Positions 20,002 to 29,343 of a stretch of DNA of 64,000 nucleotides are shown piece by piece. The notes under the pieces are model-generated. The model worked only from the letters and a program-made list of their open reading frames with translations, made no database searches and was not told the DNA's origin. Made by a program: the position numbers and the translations under genes. Within the stretch, counting starts at the first letter, position 1. Every line of letters begins with the position of its first letter. The DNA is from a virus: positions 7,532 to 71,531 of IMG/VR virus record IMGVR_UViG_3300011116_000673; one strand, given 5' to 3'.

Positions 20002-20796
20002 ATGAATACTAAAAATGATGCTGCAGCTATAAACGCGGCTATTGCCGACCCTGTTCCACGCATTCAACCCACACCAAACACTACTGTTGAGTTGTCTCGT
20101 GGGGTCTTCAATGAGGAAACTGACGAGTGGGAAACCACAACTGTAGTAAAAGAACTTACTGGTGAGGACGAGGAGGCCTTAGCAGCCCTAGATGCTGACG
20201 GTGATCTTTTGTACGCTCAATACATGTCAGCGTTATTAAAACGAAGTGTTGTATCTATTGGCAACACTAAAGTGGCTGAAAACCAATCAATAATTGATGA
20301 TTTAATTCTTGGTGATCGTGACACGTTGTTTTTAGCAACAGTTACTGCTACTTATGGAGATCATCGTGAGTACCAAATAAATTGTCCTCAATGTAAGAAA
20401 TCAAACGATGTTCTTATTGATTTGAAAGCATTTCCAGTAAAAGAAACAAAATTAGATCCAAAATTGCCCATTTCTGTAACTCTACGCAACGGCGAAGTAC
20501 AACAGTTCAGGTTGGTTACTGGCGGAGATAGTCAGGCTGTAAGTAAAAAAGCAAACAGTGTTCCAGAACAGAACACAACTTTAATTGCACGATGCGCTTT
20601 GTGGGAAGGTAAGGAAAAACCAAAAGATGTTGAAAAGTGGGCCAAGAAACTTGGCATGAAAGATCGTGCCGTGATTATTGACAAACTACTTGAAGCACAA
20701 CCAGGCCCAGAAATCAAGGAGGTGGAAGCCCACTGTGCCCATTGCGAAAAACCTTTTCCAATCGCACTAAACTGGGCCTCCCTTTTATTCGGCTAA
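20002..20796 (+). CDS. tail assembly/baseplate hub assembly protein
   Basis: ELTGEDEE, LGDRD, CPQC and CAHC motifs; between tube and tape measure. Confidence 0.65.
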   Translation: MNTKNDAAAINAAIADPVPRIQPTPNTTVELSRGVFNEETDEWETTTVVKELTGEDEEALAALDADGDLLYAQYMSALLKRSVVSIGNTKVAENQSIIDDLILGDRDTLFLATVTATYGDHREYQINCPQCKKSNDVLIDLKAFPVKETKLDPKLPISVTLRNGEVQQFRLVTGGDSQAVSKKANSVPEQNTTLIARCALWEGKEKPKDVEKWAKKLGMKDRAVIIDKLLEAQPGPEIKEVEAHCAHCEKPFPIALNWASLLFG

Positions 20797-20932
20797 TATA
20801 GTACATACATATTGGGACTACGATTCAATCGCATCTGTTTACAAGGGCTTTTCGCTCAGTGATATAAAATTGATGACCGTGCGTCAGCGCACCTATTGGT
20901 CAGACATGAGTAAATGGAGAAAATCGGGGTAA
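20771..20932 (+). CDS. start-less ORF, probable frameshift extension of the tail assembly protein
   Basis: +1 frame is open 20771-20932 (..YWDYDSIASVYKGFSLSDIKLMTVRQRTYW..), fills the gap before tape measure, CCCTTTTA at the overlap. Confidence 0.6.
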   Translation, partial: TGPPFYSANIVHTYWDYDSIASVYKGFSLSDIKLMTVRQRTYWSDMSKWRKSG

Positions 20933-20934
20933 CG

Positions 20935-23643
20935 ATGGCAGAAAAAAATCTAGGTGATTTAAAAGCCAAATTTAAAGTCGACGTTGACCAAGTTACAAAA
21001 CTGGTCAAGGGCGTTTCAGACATGCGCAAAGACTTTGCCACCATGGAAACCCAGTTAAAAAAAGTAAACTACCAGTTAAACGAAGTATTTAAAAACTTAA
21101 ATAAAATTAAAGGGGTAGGAGGACTTTCAGGAGGGATTGGAGGAGGAACAACACCAGCGGGTGGTCATCCACTTCCTTTAGGTGATCCTAAAACACAAAC
21201 GCCTTCATCGGTTACTCAAAATCAGACTGTTAATCTTCCTGCACAGGAACTACTGTACCTAGACCCACCAGGTGGTCGGGGAGGTGGTGGCGTTCCTTTA
21301 GCGAGAATGTCAAGAATGGGATCTGCCATGACTATGGCTGGTCAAGCGGTTGCTGCTGCTATTGAAGTGATGAACCGAAGAATGGATTCTAATTATGATC
21401 GTTCTCTAGGTGCTGACAAATTAGGTGTCTATTACCAACAAAACAAAGGCATTTCTCAACAAAACTATGTTGACACTATGCGACTGCCATTAGCCAATCA
21501 ACGATTGGGCTACGGTGGAATTAGCACAATGCTTGCATTGCAAGCATCAACTGGTTTGAGCGCTGAAAAAAACGCTGCTGGTTTTGCTGCACAAAGAGCG
21601 TTATCTGGTTATTCAATAGGAACAGATCAGCTTGCGCAACAAGCCGCAACTCTTGCGGGACCAGCAGCCAACAATCGTATGACAATGATGTTGGGCACTG
21701 GTATGTACGGTCTTGGAGGAAAACAAAAATCATCAATGCAAGTAATGCAAGATGTTATTCAACGCACTGGATTAACTGACCCTAATCGTCTTAAAGGCGC
21801 TCGTCAACTTGGCTCAAACACACGTGCGATGCTTCTCGCTTCGGGCGTTCCAGAAGACATGGTTGATCAATATCTAGATTACGCAGAAGCAAACAGCAAC
21901 TTTCAAAAAAAGACTGGGTCAAAATCAATGTATGACCCTTCTACTTTAAGAGATAGAAAAGTCATGGGAATTGAAGATAACTTCTCAACTCAAGCTGAAG
22001 AAACCGCTAGAACAAAAGAACAACGAGACGAAAACTTTTACAATAGACAAAAAGATAACTTAGCTGCATTTGAAAAAAACATTCAAAAGGTTACTGAAGC
22101 CCTTGGATACCTTGAAGATAGACTAAGCACAATTGCTGGAGCAAACATTTCTACACGAGGAGGTATGGGTAGAAAAATTGCTGGCTACGGGTTGATGGCA
22201 GCAGGTGTAGCCACAACTTTCGCAACCTTTGGAGGAGCAACTCCTCTTGGTTTGGGAATGGTGGCGGCTGGTGGCGCCATGTTGGGTGACCCTGAGAAAT
22301 CAACAAAAGCTCCGGCTGGTACAGGCGGAAGCATCTTGTACGGGTACAGCAAACCTCCAGAAAGAAAAAGCATAGGAGAAGTTCAAAACACTGCTGGATT
22401 TAGAAACTTAAACGCTACGTTTAGAGATCGTTTGTTAAGAATGTTTGAAGCCAATCCCGCAGTAGGACTTGGCTCAGGACACCGTTCAGAAGCGGAACAA
22501 GAACGTTTGTTCTTGTCACGTTACTCTGAAGTAACTGATGGCAGCAAAGGCGACGCAACATACAAAGGCAAACAATACAAACGCCATTCTGGTGCAGCCG
22601 TTGCCCCACCAGGAAGGTCAATGCACGAAGTAGGTTTAGCTGCGGACTTGGTAGGAGATTTAGATTGGGTTGCCAAACATGCTCACGAATTTGGTTTAAA
22701 AACAATTGATGGTCTAAACGAACCTTGGCACATCCAACCAGCCGAACTCCCAGATTCTCGTTACGAATGGGAAAAACAAGGTTCTAAAATGGGGCATCCT
22801 TCTGATGCATCTAAAGGAGAAGTTGCTACCGATCCATCAACAGGTGGTCCAGAAGGAGTAAACGTTGTTGGCGACAAAATTGTTAAAGGATCGTCGCTTG
22901 CTGGTGCGGTAGAAACGTTTAACCAACCGTCCATTGCAAGCATTGTGGGTGCTGGTTCGCAATATGATGCGATGGATGGTGGAGGAACAAGCAATGTTGT
23001 TTCAAAGGCAGCTTTAAATGAAAACCCTTCGTCTACTCCAACCTCTAAAGGATCTGGCGTCTCAGGAACAATGGACCCAGTTGAGATGGCTCAGATCATG
23101 TTGCGAAGAAAGTTTCCTAAAGAATCAATTGCAAAAATGTTAGCAATTTCTTATCGTGAATCTCGTTGGCAACCTGGTGCTCGTAAGAATGATGATATTG
23201 AAGATTCTTTTGGTTTGTTTCAAATAAATATGAAAGGAAACCTAGGTCCTGTTCGTAGAGGGCACTATGGTTTATCCAGCAACGAAGAATTGTTTGATCC
23301 AATTATGAACATTAAGGCCGCTCGCATTTTATTTGGAGACGGTCAGGGAATTAAACATTGGGCAATTGACGGAGACCCCATGCACAATACTGCGGAGGGT
23401 ATGCCTAAAGCAATAGCCGCGGCCCAAGCTGTGGGTATAGATAGTATTGGCGACCCTACTTTTTCAGAACCTACTCGTGGAGGAGGTAATGTAACTGTTG
23501 GTGGAGCGACAACTGTTACTATCGCCCCAAACATTTATATAACGTCATCTGGCAGCACCGCATCAGATGCGCAACAAATGGCATTGGAGTTGGCTAGGTT
23601 ACTAGACAACAACCTTAAACGAGAATTGCTAAGGAGCATGTAA
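20935..23643 (+). CDS. tape measure protein with M15 peptidase and lytic transglycosylase domains
   Basis: Long A/G-rich helical protein; RSMHEVGLAADL...EPWH; YRESRW...GLFQIN. Confidence 0.85.
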   Translation: MAEKNLGDLKAKFKVDVDQVTKLVKGVSDMRKDFATMETQLKKVNYQLNEVFKNLNKIKGVGGLSGGIGGGTTPAGGHPLPLGDPKTQTPSSVTQNQTVNLPAQELLYLDPPGGRGGGGVPLARMSRMGSAMTMAGQAVAAAIEVMNRRMDSNYDRSLGADKLGVYYQQNKGISQQNYVDTMRLPLANQRLGYGGISTMLALQASTGLSAEKNAAGFAAQRALSGYSIGTDQLAQQAATLAGPAANNRMTMMLGTGMYGLGGKQKSSMQVMQDVIQRTGLTDPNRLKGARQLGSNTRAMLLASGVPEDMVDQYLDYAEANSNFQKKTGSKSMYDPSTLRDRKVMGIEDNFSTQAEETARTKEQRDENFYNRQKDNLAAFEKNIQKVTEALGYLEDRLSTIAGANISTRGGMGRKIAGYGLMAAGVATTFATFGGATPLGLGMVAAGGAMLGDPEKSTKAPAGTGGSILYGYSKPPERKSIGEVQNTAGFRNLNATFRDRLLRMFEANPAVGLGSGHRSEAEQERLFLSRYSEVTDGSKGDATYKGKQYKRHSGAAVAPPGRSMHEVGLAADLVGDLDWVAKHAHEFGLKTIDGLNEPWHIQPAELPDSRYEWEKQGSKMGHPSDASKGEVATDPSTGGPEGVNVVGDKIVKGSSLAGAVETFNQPSIASIVGAGSQYDAMDGGGTSNVVSKAALNENPSSTPTSKGSGVSGTMDPVEMAQIMLRRKFPKESIAKMLAISYRESRWQPGARKNDDIEDSFGLFQINMKGNLGPVRRGHYGLSSNEELFDPIMNIKAARILFGDGQGIKHWAIDGDPMHNTAEGMPKAIAAAQAVGIDSIGDPTFSEPTRGGGNVTVGGATTVTIAPNIYITSSGSTASDAQQMALELARLLDNNLKRELLRSM

Positions 23644-25427
23644 TGGCTGTTAATGAAGATGCTGAAAAACGTCAAGCAAAAGCTGATGTTCAAGTTAATC
23701 TTGAAAAACGAAAAGAATACGGAGCAGCTTATGGCGCAGCTTTAAACCTACCAACGGCGTCTTCTTCTTTTAAAGAACCTTCGGGAAGTCTTTTAGACAA
23801 TCCACCTTTTATATTTCCCGGACCACTAACAACCATTGCAGTAACGGGTGAACAATACAAACCTAAACGAGGGTATATACGCAGACTAAACGAGTTCTAC
23901 TCACGCATGGGTCCAGAGGCCAAATCTATTACAGGTCGTCGTTGTAATTTTCAATTTCAACCAGAAACTATAGTTCGTAGTGTTAGTGCACAAAGTACAG
24001 ATACCCAATTCTTTTTTAATCAAGATCCAGCACAGCTAAGTGTTCCAATTCCAGGACAATCTAATTACAACATAACGTTAATGTTTAATAGAGAAGCAGA
24101 AGTAGCTTCTGGAAAATACACAAATAATTTTGGAAAAATGATGAGATCAAAAAACCTTATAAACAAAGGTTCAGAACTTGACGTAAACAAATTTATTACG
24201 GGAGATTACCAACAAGAGTGGGTTTGCAGTATAGGAGTTCTTGCAGACATCATGGTACTAGACGGGGTTATTGGTCAAGGTATTAGCACTGAAACCATTA
24301 AAATATTAAACACAATTAGCAGCACTCAAGCAGCAGCTACAGCAACAGACAGCACTGCAACAGAAGAACAAAAAAAACAAGCTCAAGATATTTTAGAAAA
24401 AGAATCTCAAAAGGTTAAATACTGGACACAAGACGCGGCTACTAATCCAAACTTAGGAAACACAGCATTTTTAGTACCAACCCCTGTACGAATAATGTTG
24501 TCCAACATGATGATGATAGAAGGTTTTATCTTAACCAGTTCAGTTAATTTTCACAAATTCTCAAAACACTACATACCAACACAATGCCGAGTGGACTTAA
24601 CGGTTCAAGCTTTGTACATTGGTTTTGCCAAAAATCAAACTCTATTGACCCAAGACACCCCTTTGTCTTTAACTAGCGGTGGTTCTGGGCCTGATGAAGT
24701 AACTGTAAAAGAAAAAGATGCAAACATACTTAAAGCAACCCAAGATGGTATAGACGGTTTTTTCAAAACTTGTAAATTTAACGAAAATCTTGTTCCAAAA
24801 AACGCTATTTTTCTTACGGGAACACAAGGATTTCAGACTGGTTATTTTTTAAGTAATTTCTTAATGTCAATAACCAATCCAGCTGGAGAAGAATTTTACA
24901 AAATATACACCAGTGCTAATGGTGGAGAAGTAACTTGGTTTTGGGAAGCAACCATTAAAATGTTTTGGTATTCAATGGCTGTAAATCAGCAAAACAATCG
25001 TGTAACAGGAGTGGTTTCTGCCCCTGTTGGAACTGCTTTTAGAAAAGTTACAAAAGAAGATTTTCTGCCAAATGGTCAATTATTTAACCTAAAAGAATGG
25101 GGCACTGAAGAATCTCCTTTTATCATAACAGCTTCCGGAATAGGTGCTAAAGATGTAAATAATTTTGGGCGACAAGATCGTTGGTGGCTACAAGGTGCCG
25201 AAGGTGATCCTAATGATAATAAAGCTAAATGGTCTTTTTCACCTCCAACTTCTCCTACGTACAAAAGACCATTTAATGAAGAACAATTTCGTTTTCAATT
25301 AGAAGTAACAATTTCCGCAAAACGTTATGGTGCAGATTATGTTTCTAAACAAAAATTTAAACTTGACGAAGTTCCTGGTGGTATAAACTTTAGTACTCTT
25401 TCACCAGCAATGATTGCAACTATTTAA
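23643..25427 (+). CDS. baseplate hub/tail tube initiator-like protein
   Basis: FQFQPETI and TQCRVDLT motifs; follows tape measure. Confidence 0.55.
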   Translation: MAVNEDAEKRQAKADVQVNLEKRKEYGAAYGAALNLPTASSSFKEPSGSLLDNPPFIFPGPLTTIAVTGEQYKPKRGYIRRLNEFYSRMGPEAKSITGRRCNFQFQPETIVRSVSAQSTDTQFFFNQDPAQLSVPIPGQSNYNITLMFNREAEVASGKYTNNFGKMMRSKNLINKGSELDVNKFITGDYQQEWVCSIGVLADIMVLDGVIGQGISTETIKILNTISSTQAAATATDSTATEEQKKQAQDILEKESQKVKYWTQDAATNPNLGNTAFLVPTPVRIMLSNMMMIEGFILTSSVNFHKFSKHYIPTQCRVDLTVQALYIGFAKNQTLLTQDTPLSLTSGGSGPDEVTVKEKDANILKATQDGIDGFFKTCKFNENLVPKNAIFLTGTQGFQTGYFLSNFLMSITNPAGEEFYKIYTSANGGEVTWFWEATIKMFWYSMAVNQQNNRVTGVVSAPVGTAFRKVTKEDFLPNGQLFNLKEWGTEESPFIITASGIGAKDVNNFGRQDRWWLQGAEGDPNDNKAKWSFSPPTSPTYKRPFNEEQFRFQLEVTISAKRYGADYVSKQKFKLDEVPGGINFSTLSPAMIATI

Positions 25428-25429
25428 TT

Positions 25430-25684
25430 ATGGCTATTTTTTCAACTTCCAGATACACTTTTAGTCAAGAACTAAGGACTGACGGTAAAGTTTTAGCTAA
25501 ACGGAAACCACCGCAACAGTTAACCTATCAAATGTATATTGTACGCCCAGGCGACACGTTTGAAAATTTAGCTGCTAAAATTTATGGAGATAGTTCTCAA
25601 CACTGGCGTTTGTTAGATTTAAATCCAGAAATTGAATTCTCGTTAGACTTGGCACCTAACGATAAAATAAGAATTCCCGTATGA
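25430..25684 (+). CDS. LysM/tail X baseplate protein
   Basis: YIVRPGDTFENLAAKIYGDSSQHWRLLDLNP...IRIP. Confidence 0.85.
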   Translation: MAIFSTSRYTFSQELRTDGKVLAKRKPPQQLTYQMYIVRPGDTFENLAAKIYGDSSQHWRLLDLNPEIEFSLDLAPNDKIRIPV

Positions 25685-26844
25685 TTTTTTCAAATGCGTT
25701 TCCTGAAGTTCCAGTTTTAGATGTAGCTGTAATTGGTGGGGAAGTTCCTCCATCTCAAATTGCAGTTGTAGATTTAACTTTTTCTGAAAACAAACACGAC
25801 ATTGCAACAATAACCTATGCGGGATTTCCTGGAATAGCAGTTACGTCATACATAGGACTTCCAGTTCAAATTAAATTTGGAAACAATGAATCTAATTTAG
25901 TAGATTTTGTTGGGTATGTTGCATACGTTGAGATCGAAGCAAACACCAGAATGGGAATTACAAACGACTCTTTAATCCAAATGGCAAAAGTGGTTTGCTT
26001 TGGAAGCAGTTACCAGATGAAACCAATTAGAAACACTGCCTACACTAATAAAACTATTAAACAAATTGTTGAAATATTTGCAAACAAATATAATTTTTCT
26101 TACTCTGTTCCTAACAACAACTATGTTTTTTCTAATCTAAATCAAAACCAAAAAAGTGATTGGGAAATGCTGGTGGGTGCTTGCAACAAATTAGGATACT
26201 CGGTGACAGCACATGGAACTCATCTAGCTGTATACGATAACTACTCTTCGTACTATCGTGGGTTGCCTGAAACTGTTTTGTACACCCTGGAAGACAGCAA
26301 AGGAACTGAGCGAAGGCCTGGAAACATTTACGAGTTTAAAGGTTTCTTTGGTGACATTACTCCACACGGACAAAGTTCTGCCTATGTGTTTAACTCACTA
26401 GACAACCTTGGAAAAGAAAACACATACACTTCAACTGAAAACAGCACAAGTGGTCTAGGAGCTAAATTTCCTGCAAGGTTTACCCATCAAATTACAACAA
26501 ACACTGTTTCTAAAAACGACCTAGAACAGGCTTTAAGACAATACACAAGAAAGACATTTCCAATGACAGCTATGGCAAAAGTGATAGGGGTATCTTCAGC
26601 CATGCCTGGTCGCTTAGCAAAAGTTCAATCGTACAGTTCTGCATTTGATGGTTACTGGATCATTGAAGAAGCCCGTCATGAGATTAATTCTAAACATTAC
26701 ATTACAACACTTAAATTAAAAACAGATTCAACTAATGGCGCCGGACTAGCCCCCAACAAAGGCTCTGGATACACGCCTCCTCCGTCTTCTCGCTTGTCTA
26801 ACAACTTGTGGCAAACTGAAAGAGAACTAGCTAATGTTTACTGA
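25681..26844 (+). CDS. baseplate hub (P2 gpD/Mu gp44-like)
   Basis: QKSDWEML and FDGYWIIEEARH motifs; synteny. Confidence 0.75.
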   Translation: MIFSNAFPEVPVLDVAVIGGEVPPSQIAVVDLTFSENKHDIATITYAGFPGIAVTSYIGLPVQIKFGNNESNLVDFVGYVAYVEIEANTRMGITNDSLIQMAKVVCFGSSYQMKPIRNTAYTNKTIKQIVEIFANKYNFSYSVPNNNYVFSNLNQNQKSDWEMLVGACNKLGYSVTAHGTHLAVYDNYSSYYRGLPETVLYTLEDSKGTERRPGNIYEFKGFFGDITPHGQSSAYVFNSLDNLGKENTYTSTENSTSGLGAKFPARFTHQITTNTVSKNDLEQALRQYTRKTFPMTAMAKVIGVSSAMPGRLAKVQSYSSAFDGYWIIEEARHEINSKHYITTLKLKTDSTNGAGLAPNKGSGYTPPPSSRLSNNLWQTERELANVY

Positions 26845-27127
26845 TTCTCTTATTAACAGAGCCATAGTCTCTTACGCTGACCAAAATACTGGGGTAATAA
26901 AAGTGCGAATACCGTCTAAGTTTGAACCTAATGTTGTTTTAGATGTATCATTTATTGGTAGAAAAAAAGTAAATGGGGTCTGGCCTGTACCAGCAATTGG
27001 AGATCAAGTAGTGGTTACTGCCGATAACTCTGACTACACAAATGTGTTTATTCTTAACCTTAATCCACCAACAACTACCCCAACAGATGGATATGGATCT
27101 ATCCTTTCTGTACAAGTTTTTAGTTAA
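26834..27127 (+). CDS. baseplate spike OB-fold protein (short)
   Basis: GVIKVRIP...VPAIGDQVVV. Confidence 0.65.
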   Translation: MFTDSLINRAIVSYADQNTGVIKVRIPSKFEPNVVLDVSFIGRKKVNGVWPVPAIGDQVVVTADNSDYTNVFILNLNPPTTTPTDGYGSILSVQVFS

Positions 27128-27139
27128 ATTAGGAAAATT

Positions 27140-27535
27140 ATGTCAATGTTAAAAATTCCTTTAGAGATTTCTTCTTCAGGGGGTTTTGCTCGCCTGGACA
27201 CTATAGAACAAAAAGTAAAACAAAAAATAATAGATTATCTAAGCACCTCAACATTTGAACGAGCCATGTCTCCAGCTTATGGTGCAAATGCTAACGCTTT
27301 AATTTTTGAAAATTATGATTCGTTGTTTTTTGAAGAATTTAAAATAGATGCGTTAGATGGTTTAAGAAAACATGTTTCTGGAGTTCAAATATTAGACGTG
27401 AGACTAACTCCTACAGACACAACCACTGGGTTTGCCGCCGTAGCTCTTAGCGTAGATTATGTTATTCCTACTTTTGGAAAGCAACAAGTAACTCTTGATA
27501 TATTTACACCAGCATCTATTAGCGAGGACTTTTAA
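27140..27535 (+). CDS. baseplate wedge/sheath initiator (T4 gp25-like)
   Basis: LSTSTFERAMSPAYGAN resembles the GERxMxPxFG signature. Confidence 0.75.
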   Translation: MSMLKIPLEISSSGGFARLDTIEQKVKQKIIDYLSTSTFERAMSPAYGANANALIFENYDSLFFEEFKIDALDGLRKHVSGVQILDVRLTPTDTTTGFAAVALSVDYVIPTFGKQQVTLDIFTPASISEDF

Positions 27536-27537
27536 TT

Positions 27538-29343
27538 ATGGCCGGATTTGATTACACCAGCAGAGACTACAACTCTATTAGAACTGATTTGTTTGCTAGA
27601 GCAACCGAGATTTTGCCTGAATGGACCTCTCGTGACAGTTCTGATTTTGGTGTTTTGTTCATTGACCTAGTTGCCTACATGGGAGATATCTTTCATTATT
27701 ACTTAGACGAAGCGGCTAAAGAGTCCTTTTTGGATACTGCAACACGTCGTTCATCCCTTTTGGCCATTGCAAGTCTTTTGGATTATTTGCCTCACGGAAG
27801 AACACCAGCTAAAACTAGTATCACATTAAACGCAGCATCTTCTATAGCGACTAATGCTGTTCCTATTTTAATTCCTGCAAATACTGTGTTTCTTGCTCGT
27901 CCATTAATTAGTACTGCAGAGCCAGTTGCGTTCACATCAAACACTTCTATTGCATTTAATGCAGACGGAACTCCAATCCCTGGATACACAACTTATGCTA
28001 AAGCAAGTCCTGCGACACTCCAACTAACTGAAGGAGAGTTGTTTACCGAAACCTTTACTAGCAATGGCGCTCTTTCTCAAAAATTTACGTTGTCTAAATT
28101 AGGAGTGGTTGTAGATTCAATCACGGTAGATGTTGCTGAAGGCCTTAACGGAGCAAACGTTTCTTACGCAAGAGTTGACCGTTTAATTGAAAGCACTAGT
28201 TCTGATCTAGTATTTACCACACGAATACTTGCCACTGATGAACTGGAACTTAGTTTTGGTAATGCAATTCACGGTAAAGTCCCAACAACTAATGCCGTGG
28301 TGACTATTAACTACCGAAGAAGTCGTGGGTCGGCTGGAAACGTTGAAGCAAACTCTGTTAATCAATTTGCTTCATTAACTAACCCATTTGGACCTGCATA
28401 TGACGGAATAGTAATTACTCCAAATGCCTCAAGAGCTTTTGGTGGATCTGATTCTGAAAGCATTGCATCGTTAAAAAACAACATTCCAGCATCGTTTAGA
28501 TCACAAGATAGAGCTGTGTCTTTATCTGATTATGAAGAACTTACTTTGCGAGTTCCAGGAATTGTCAAAGCAAAAGCCGAAGTAGTATCTGGTGCTGCAG
28601 CAAAGCAAGGTGTGATAACTAACAAAGCTAAAACATCGACTGTGGCCCTGTTAACAACAAGTTCAGCACATGGACTGACCACTAACGAGTACGTAGGTGT
28701 ATTTGGTGTTGATGACACCTTTGATGGGACTTATGTAGTAACGGGTACACCTACTCCTACAACGTTTACTTATGCTCTTGTTTCGGCAAGCGTAGCGTCT
28801 GCAAGTGTGGCGTCAACCGCAACATACAAAAATGCGCAAGTTAAAATTTATGCATTAATTAGTCCCGATGTCTACGATGGTTTACTACCTTCTAACCCAA
28901 CCACTAGCCCCCTTACGTTAGACACACATGCAAGAGATCTTGTATACGAATACATTTCTCCACGAGAAATTGTTGGCGTTAATTCTTTAGTCATGCCTTC
29001 TGTAGCGTTGTCTTCTGTAAAAATTACTTGTTCAATTTCTGCATTGTCTAACTTTGTACAAAACTCAGTGCAAGATAGTGTTGAAGACGCAATTAAAGAA
29101 TTATTTGTTTTTGATAAATTGTCTTTTGGACAAACCTTAACGTTGGGTGTTTTGTATAGAACTATTTTGGCTGTTCCTGGTGTGGATTATGTAAACATCA
29201 CACGATTTACTACTGGAAATTCAAACGTTATAGATACTGCAAGTCTTAGCCCCAATGTTCAAGGAGTTCAAGCAGCTGCAAACTCGTTGTTATTGCTAAC
29301 CCAATTGGCAGTTACTGTTACTGGCGGAATTGCTGCTGTCTAA
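27538..29343 (+). CDS. baseplate J/T4 gp6-like wedge protein
   Basis: DYTSRDY, ESFLDTA, FGGSDSES, QDRAVSLSDY, VPGV. Confidence 0.9.
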   Translation: MAGFDYTSRDYNSIRTDLFARATEILPEWTSRDSSDFGVLFIDLVAYMGDIFHYYLDEAAKESFLDTATRRSSLLAIASLLDYLPHGRTPAKTSITLNAASSIATNAVPILIPANTVFLARPLISTAEPVAFTSNTSIAFNADGTPIPGYTTYAKASPATLQLTEGELFTETFTSNGALSQKFTLSKLGVVVDSITVDVAEGLNGANVSYARVDRLIESTSSDLVFTTRILATDELELSFGNAIHGKVPTTNAVVTINYRRSRGSAGNVEANSVNQFASLTNPFGPAYDGIVITPNASRAFGGSDSESIASLKNNIPASFRSQDRAVSLSDYEELTLRVPGIVKAKAEVVSGAAAKQGVITNKAKTSTVALLTTSSAHGLTTNEYVGVFGVDDTFDGTYVVTGTPTPTTFTYALVSASVASASVASTATYKNAQVKIYALISPDVYDGLLPSNPTTSPLTLDTHARDLVYEYISPREIVGVNSLVMPSVALSSVKITCSISALSNFVQNSVQDSVEDAIKELFVFDKLSFGQTLTLGVLYRTILAVPGVDYVNITRFTTGNSNVIDTASLSPNVQGVQAAANSLLLLTQLAVTVTGGIAAV

